NCBI GenBank assembly: GCA_046581755.1
Contig: JAYGFR010000177.1
Location: 1 to 13,648 of the forward strand
Direction of reading: 5' to 3'
Source: Nitrospinota bacterium
GTDB lineage: Bacteria; UBA8248
DNA length: 13,648 bases
Under the pieces are notes generated by a model. That model was given only the letters and a program-made list of their open reading frames with translations, was not told the origin of the DNA and did no database searches. Positions 8,934-13,648 of the stretch are shown piece by piece. The position numbers and the translations under genes are program-made. Position 1 is the first letter of the stretch. The number at the start of each line of letters is the position of its first letter.

Positions 8934-10475
8934 ATGCGTGAGCGCAAGGGGACCTGGTTTCTGCCTCTACTTTTATCGCTCCTGTTTCATCTGCTCCTGT
9001 TTATCGGGCTCAGCCTCCATATTTTGTGGCCGGTGAGCGTTTCGGCCAAAATTCCGGTCCGCCTGCGTATCGTTTCGATCGATCTGCCGAAACCGAAAGA
9101 AGACCTTCCCCCCGATCCCAACAGCCGGTTTCTCTCCGACGTGAACCGCAGGGAAAGCGGGGCGGGAAAACCCAGATCCCTGCCCAGGCTGAAGCGGGAT
9201 ACGGAGGATCGTCTCCCGGCACGGCGCGGCAGCGCCGTACCCGAGGCGGCCTCCTCCCCGCCGCCGCCCCAGGTTGCCCGGGTTTTTCCGCAATTCGCTC
9301 CTCCCGCCGCCGAAATCAGTCTTCCCGAGCCCGAGTCGCCCCGGCCCGATGAGAAGAACCTTGCAGTACCCGTGAGGAAGGAAAAGCCGCCGCCGGAATC
9401 CAAGCCGGAAAACCTGGCCGGACCCGAGCCGCCCCGGCCCGATGAGAAGAACCTTGCCGTACCCGTGAGGAAGGAAAAGCCGCCGCCGGAATCCAAGCCG
9501 GAGAACCTGGCCGGACCCGAGCCGCGGGAGAGGGCGAAACCCGATCCCGCGAAAAAGCCGGTGGCCGCCATCGGCGAAAATGTCTCCAAGCCTGTTTTGC
9601 CCCAGCCGGAAGAGAAGAGCCCGCCGCCGCCCGGGGCGGAGAAGAGGCCCAAGGCGGTAGTAGAGGAGAGGCCCAAGGTTGTCGTGAAGGAGAGGCCCAA
9701 GGTGGTCGTGAAGAAGGCGAAGCTCGCGCCCCGAAAAGTGGCAGAGAAGAGGCCCAAGGTTGTTGTGAAGGAGAGGCCCAAGGTTGTCGTGAAGAAGGCG
9801 AAGCCCGCGCCCCGAAAAGTGGCGGAGAAGAGGCCCACGGCTGTAGTAGAGGAGAGGCCCAAGATTGTTGTGAAGAAGGCGAAGCCCGCGCCCCGGAAAG
9901 TGGAAAAGCCCGTAAGGCGGAAACCCAAAAAACGAATCGAGGTGGCTTCCCTGCCCAAGCCGCGGCCCGCGCTGAGAAAAGTGGAAAAGCCCGCTCAAAG
10001 ACGGCTATCTCAAAGGCCCAAGCCGCCCGTCGATCGGATCGCGATGTTCCGCCGCGTCAAGCCCAGGGTCCGGGGAAGGCCGGATGCGCCCGACATCAAC
10101 CTCTCGGACGAGGATGAGGCCCAAATTGCCAAGGCCGGCGTGGAGGAGCGGATTCGCGCGGAAGAGGGCGAGGCGGTGTCCCTCAATACGCGGGATTTCC
10201 GGTACGCTTCCTATTTCGCGCACCTCAAAAAGAGAATTAAAGAAGCGTGGACCTGGCCCGAAGAGGCCAGAAAATACTGGGGCAGGCTTCAGCTTCGGTT
10301 CGTCATTCGGGACGATGGGCGGCTTCACCGCGTCGTATTGCTAAAATCCTCCGGCTACCGGATTCTCGATGAAGAGGCGCTGTCCGCCATCGCAAAGGCG
10401 GCGCCTTTCAAGCCTTTCCCGCCCGAGATCAAGAGAAAACTCCTCCCGATCCATGGATCGTTCATCTACGACTAG
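8934..10475 (+). CDS. TonB-family energy transducer with a long Pro/Lys-rich repetitive linker (513 aa)
   Basis: N-terminal TM helix with SLLFHLLL (S..H motif), Pro/Lys/Glu-rich linker, and a C-terminal TonB_C-like domain YFAHLKKRIKEAWTWP...FVIRDDG..LLKSSGYRILDEEALSAIAKAAPF.P.P. Confidence 0.88.
   Translation: MRERKGTWFLPLLLSLLFHLLLFIGLSLHILWPVSVSAKIPVRLRIVSIDLPKPKEDLPPDPNSRFLSDVNRRESGAGKPRSLPRLKRDTEDRLPARRGSAVPEAASSPPPPQVARVFPQFAPPAAEISLPEPESPRPDEKNLAVPVRKEKPPPESKPENLAGPEPPRPDEKNLAVPVRKEKPPPESKPENLAGPEPRERAKPDPAKKPVAAIGENVSKPVLPQPEEKSPPPPGAEKRPKAVVEERPKVVVKERPKVVVKKAKLAPRKVAEKRPKVVVKERPKVVVKKAKPAPRKVAEKRPTAVVEERPKIVVKKAKPAPRKVEKPVRRKPKKRIEVASLPKPRPALRKVEKPAQRRLSQRPKPPVDRIAMFRRVKPRVRGRPDAPDINLSDEDEAQIAKAGVEERIRAEEGEAVSLNTRDFRYASYFAHLKKRIKEAWTWPEEARKYWGRLQLRFVIRDDGRLHRVVLLKSSGYRILDEEALSAIAKAAPFKPFPPEIKRKLLPIHGSFIYD
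9337..9525 (+). repeat. 93-bp (31-aa) tandem duplication inside the TonB-family gene
   Basis: Copies start at 9337 and 9430 and differ at two synonymous third positions (GCA/GCC, GAA/GAG). Confidence 0.95.
9636..9911 (+). repeat. Nested Lys-rich coding repeats (ERPKVVVK units within three AEKRP...KKAKPAPRKV blocks)
   Basis: Visible in the translation and as repeated GAGAGGCCCAAGGT and GTGAAGAAGGCGAAGC DNA. Confidence 0.9.
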
Positions 10476-10506
10476 TAGCGGGGGCGATTCGCCGCGAATA
10501 TCTTTG

Positions 10507-10536
10507 TTGACAGCCCGCCGAAGCGTTCCATACCAT
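10507..10536 (+). promoter_or_regulatory. Sigma70 promoter upstream of mntR
   Basis: TTGACA-N18-TACCAT. Confidence 0.6.
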
Positions 10537-10574
10537 GGCGGTCCTCCTGTCTTGGACGGATCTTTTGGCCGCGA

Positions 10575-11267
10575 ATGAGGTTATTTTTGGACATCTCAGG
10601 CGATCTCAGCAAACAAATGGAAGATTACCTGAAGAATATCTACAAGCTTCAGGAGAAATCCTCCCCCGTGGCGACGAATGCCATCGCCGAGAAGATGGAT
10701 ATTTCGCCGGCATCCGTCACGAGCATGACCAAAAAGCTCGATCAAATGGCGCTTCTCTCCTACAAGCGCTATAAAGGCGTCACCCTGACCAGCCGGGGAG
10801 AGAAGGTCGCCCTGGAGATTATCCGCCATCACCGCCTCCTGGAGTTGTATCTGAATCAAAAGGTGGGCATCGAATGGCATAAGGTGGACGCCGAGGCCGA
10901 AGTGCTCGAACATGTCTTGAGCGAGGAAGTCGAGGCGGCCATGGACCGGGCCCTGGATTATCCGACCATCGACCCCCATGGGGATCCGATCCCTTCCAAG
11001 GACGGGACCATGGTCAGCCCGGAGGAGACGGTTCTCACCGAAATGGAGCCCGGCCGCTCCTCGGTCGTATCGCGGGTGACCCAGGAGGACTCCGACGTTT
11101 TGCGCTACCTGGGGGATATGGGCATTTTCCCCGAGGTCCGCATCGAGGTCCTCGAGCAGGTGCCGCTCGCCGGAACGGTGACGATCCGGGTGGACGGAAA
11201 ATCGATTGCCCTAGGAAGGGATGTCGCCCGCTGCATTTTCGTGTCGAAAGAGGCGCAGAGCGGATAG
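10575..11267 (+). CDS. mntR: DtxR/MntR-family metal-dependent repressor with C-terminal FeoA/SH3 domain (start may be TTG 10587)
   Basis: MEDYLKNIY, HTH ISPASVTSM, IIRHHRLLE, EAEVLEH and DPHGDPIP. Asp and Glu at the DtxR Met10/Cys102 positions suggest Mn(II) sensing. Confidence 0.9.
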   Translation: MRLFLDISGDLSKQMEDYLKNIYKLQEKSSPVATNAIAEKMDISPASVTSMTKKLDQMALLSYKRYKGVTLTSRGEKVALEIIRHHRLLELYLNQKVGIEWHKVDAEAEVLEHVLSEEVEAAMDRALDYPTIDPHGDPIPSKDGTMVSPEETVLTEMEPGRSSVVSRVTQEDSDVLRYLGDMGIFPEVRIEVLEQVPLAGTVTIRVDGKSIALGRDVARCIFVSKEAQSG

Positions 11268-11339
11268 CCGGTCTATCCCATCGTTCGCGGGACCGTCTCC
11301 CGCCGCTTTCATCCCTATCCGTTTTCATCGAGGAAAGTC

Positions 11340-11918
11340 ATGCCGCCGAAAAAGAAATCGCCGAAACACAAAAGCGCCTCCCGAAAAAAATTCGACAACC
11401 GTTTCCGCGCCATCCACGACCGCGAGGTCAAATGGCAGGAGGGCGCCGCGGTCAAGCTCCTGACGCTTCCCAAGGGCTTGCAAGTCAAGATTTTCGCGCA
11501 CGACCCGGTCATGCAGCGTTTCGACATGAAGGTGAAATTCCCCAAGGGCTATGTCGAGCCCGCCCACACGCACAAAAGCTGGCACTCGATCCTGGTGACC
11601 AAGGGGCGGATGTGCATCGCCGGGAAGGATCTGCGGCCGGGAGACTACGTGTTCGGCTGGGATCTTCCGCACGGCCCCTACGAGTATCCGGACGGATGCG
11701 AAGTGTTCGTCGTGTTCATGGGCGGCGGAACGCAGCACATCTGGGACGATGAGAAGCATCTGCGCCACAACACAGAGTGGACGGCGAAATCCGCGGCCGG
11801 GAAAAAAGCCGTGAAGCGGGGCCAGGCATCCCGCAAACGAGCCCTCGCCAAAAAAGGGGCCGCGAAAAAACCGGCCGCCAAAAAAGCGCCCCGGCGAAAA
11901 TCCGCCAAGAAAAAATAA
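11340..11918 (+). CDS. Cupin-domain protein with Lys-rich N-terminus and Lys/Ala-rich C-terminal tail (192 aa)
   Basis: SD GAGG. Cupin motif 1 GYVEPAHTHKSWHSILVTKG, motif 2 PGDYVFGWDLPHGP, tail AKKGAAKKPAAKKAPRRKSAKKK. Confidence 0.85.
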   Translation: MPPKKKSPKHKSASRKKFDNRFRAIHDREVKWQEGAAVKLLTLPKGLQVKIFAHDPVMQRFDMKVKFPKGYVEPAHTHKSWHSILVTKGRMCIAGKDLRPGDYVFGWDLPHGPYEYPDGCEVFVVFMGGGTQHIWDDEKHLRHNTEWTAKSAAGKKAVKRGQASRKRALAKKGAAKKPAAKKAPRRKSAKKK

Positions 11919-11931
11919 TCCGCGCCCGCCC

Positions 11932-11987
11932 AGTAGTTGTTAGTCAGTAGTTACTGGCCGGCAGCGGCTAGTCAGCAGCCCCCAGCC
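11932..11987. repeat. Degenerate heptamer tandem repeat (8 units)
   Basis: AGTAGTT GTTAGTC AGTAGTT ACTGGCC GGCAGCG GCTAGTC AGCAGCC CCCAGCC, with AG at positions 4-5 in 7 of 8 units. Confidence 0.6.
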
Positions 11988-12053
11988 CGGTAGTAGCTGG
12001 TCCGTCCCAAAGTAAGCGGGGCCTCTTCAGCCGTCCCGAATTCGTGGAGACCG

Positions 12054-13082
12054 ATGGATTCCATGCGAGTTGCCGTCATCGGAGCAGGCGCCTGGGGCAC
12101 CGCCCTGGCCGATCTGCTCGCCGAGCTCGGCCACGAAGTCACCCTCTGGGTGCTCGAGGAGGACCTGTGCGCGCGCATGAAGGAGCGCCCCGAAAACGAT
12201 CTCTACCTCCCCGATGCCTCCCTCCATTCCTCCCTCCGCTATACCTCCGATCTGGCCGAGGCCGCATCGGCCGCCCAGGATATGCTCCTGAGCGCCGTCC
12301 CGAGCCCGTTTCTGACAAAAGTGTGGGAGCGCCTCTCCCCCTCGATCCACGAAGAAGCCATCGTCGTCAGCGCCACCAAGGGGCTGGATGAGGAAACGCT
12401 TGCCCTCCCCACCGAGGCGATCGAGCGCCTCCTCCAGGCGCGCGGGGCGGAAAACCCCCTCGTCTGCATCTCCGGGCCCTCCTTCGCCCGCGAGGTCGTG
12501 GACCGGAAGCCCACCGCCGTCGCTGCCGCCTCGCGCGACGCGGACGCCGCCCTCAAGGTGCAGCGCGCCCTCTCCGGCCTGTGCCTCCGCGTCTACACCG
12601 GAGACGACCCTGTCGGGACCCAGCTCGGCGGCGCCCTCAAAAACGTCATCGCCCTCGCCGCCGGCGTGGCGGATGGGATGGAACTCGGCCTCAACGCCCG
12701 CGCCGGGCTGATCGTGCGGGGCCTCGCCGAGATGAGCCGGCTGGGCGCTGCGATGGGCGGGCGCGCCGAAACCCTGTACGGCCTCGCCGGGATTGGAGAT
12801 CTGGTGCTCACCTGCACAGGGGAATTGAGCCGGAACCGCACGGTGGGGCTTCGCCTGGGCCGCGGGGAAAAACTCGGCGATATTCTCGCCTCGATGTGCG
12901 CGGTCGCCGAAGGCGTCGCCTCCGCCCCTGCCGCCGTGGCGCTGGGGAAAAAATACGGCGTCGAGATGCCCATCTCCGTTCAAATACACGGCGTCCTCTT
13001 CGAGGGAAAAGACCCCCGCGACGCTTTAAAGGAACTCATGTCCCGCCCCCTCCGGGCGGAGTGGGCCTCAGGGGGCCTTTAG
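12054..13082 (+). CDS. gpsA: NAD(P)H-dependent glycerol-3-phosphate dehydrogenase (342 aa)
   Basis: GAGAWGTALA, SATKG, SGPSFA, GGALKNVIA, GIGDLVLTC, SRNR and AEGV motifs. Confidence 0.97.
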   Translation: MDSMRVAVIGAGAWGTALADLLAELGHEVTLWVLEEDLCARMKERPENDLYLPDASLHSSLRYTSDLAEAASAAQDMLLSAVPSPFLTKVWERLSPSIHEEAIVVSATKGLDEETLALPTEAIERLLQARGAENPLVCISGPSFAREVVDRKPTAVAAASRDADAALKVQRALSGLCLRVYTGDDPVGTQLGGALKNVIALAAGVADGMELGLNARAGLIVRGLAEMSRLGAAMGGRAETLYGLAGIGDLVLTCTGELSRNRTVGLRLGRGEKLGDILASMCAVAEGVASAPAAVALGKKYGVEMPISVQIHGVLFEGKDPRDALKELMSRPLRAEWASGGL

Positions 13083-13174
13083 GCCAAAAATTTCTCCAGG
13101 CAGTCCAGGCAGCCGTTCCAACCCTGGTTGTGCGCATCGCGGGCCTTCTCGTCCAGCAATTTCTCCTGGGTGAG
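13079..13174 (-). pseudogene. Orphan 3' end of an SRPBCC/AHSA1-family gene (not in the ORF track)
   Basis: Minus-strand frame reads LTQEKLLDEKARDAHNQGWNGCLDCLEKFLA*, matching the LT.......RD.H..GW...LD.L...L C-terminus of AHSA1-like proteins. Its stop overlaps the gpsA stop (TTAG). Confidence 0.75.
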
Positions 13175-13335
13175 GCCAAAAAAACAGCGTCTTGGTGAGT
13201 TGAGGCGAAAGTTTCAGCAGCTAACTTGTCAGAATCATTACCTGCGATAACTTGAAATCCAGCTTGTCGAAATCCTTCCGATAAGCCACCGGCTCCACAG
13301 AAAAGATCAATCACAGTGGGAGAAAATTGTTTCAT
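13175..13335 (-). pseudogene. 5' fragment of a DNA (cytosine-5) methyltransferase
   Basis: MKQFSPTVIDLFCGAGGLSEGFRQAGFQVIAGNDSDKLAAETFASTH covers motif I (FxGxGG) and motif II. Similarity ends after about 53 aa, before the catalytic PC motif. The DNA is visibly more AT-rich than gpsA. Confidence 0.88.
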
Positions 13336-13383
13336 TGGAATGGAAGTCCCGGGCAAGGTGGAAAGACCTAGCATAGACAAAAT

Positions 13384-13429
13384 ACCCCATCAGTAGTGAA
13401 TTGTTCAAGCATAAACACAATATCTAGTC
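13384..13429. promoter_or_regulatory. Tandem NrdR-box-like pair
   Basis: ACACAATATCTAGTC (13415-13429) is close to the consensus acaCwAtATaTwGtg. A weaker ACCCCATCAGTAGTG (13384-13398) lies exactly 31 bp away, the canonical spacing. Confidence 0.6.
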
Positions 13430-13648
13430 AGGAATAAATCCCATTTGAATTTAAGCGAAACTATACCGAAAATTTTAGCGGATGGCAACCCGAAGTTCGA
13501 GCCTCCACCTCCCCCCCCCCTCCTTCATCCCTCTATGGGTCCAAACCCCCCGTTTCTTTGATATCCGCACACACCGGGTCTTAGGAATATACGAAATCAT
13601 TTCTCCCCCCCCTCACAGACCATTCGCTCCGGACTTCGCCCCTCCGCT

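Noticed and set aside
8973..9998. Long repetitive antisense ORFs (341 and 323 aa)
   Set aside because: Mirror images of the TonB linker repeats.
12027..12989. 320-aa antisense ORF over gpsA
   Set aside because: GC-rich shadow ORF fully overlapping a confident gene.
13036..13380. 114-aa ORF as an intact methyltransferase
   Set aside because: Lacks motifs IV-X; its second half is out-of-frame SRPBCC and antisense gpsA sequence.
13500..13648. C-rich tract (C10) and CCGGGTCTTA shared with the 5540-5820 region
   Set aside because: Low-complexity similarity and one 10-mer at inconsistent spacing could be chance.

Overview
GC-rich bacterial chromosomal window, mostly housekeeping genes interrupted by mobile-element scars. 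From left to right: the right end of an IS21-like element; tRNA-Pro(GGG) (-); a FecR-domain exported protein (-); a CoA-binding protein and O-acetylhomoserine sulfhydrylase metY (-); an unannotated 64-aa protein behind a sigma28-type promoter (+); surE-pcm-tRNA-Pro(CGG) (+); a ~0.5 kb non-coding scar and a truncated enoyl-CoA hydratase (-); CIRCE-controlled groES-groEL; a repeat-expanded TonB-family protein; an MntR/DtxR regulator; a 4-His cupin with histone-H1-like tails; gpsA; and a chimeric scar joining the 5' end of a C5 DNA methyltransferase to the 3' end of an SRPBCC gene. No complete new multi-gene system is visible. The best leads are regulatory or structural: tandem NrdR-like boxes over the methyltransferase promoter, the sigma28 small protein with phased upstream repeats and an SD-sequestering leader, matching att-like architecture after both tRNA-Pro genes, and the mntR-linked cupin. 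All calls come from reading motifs by eye; no database search was run.
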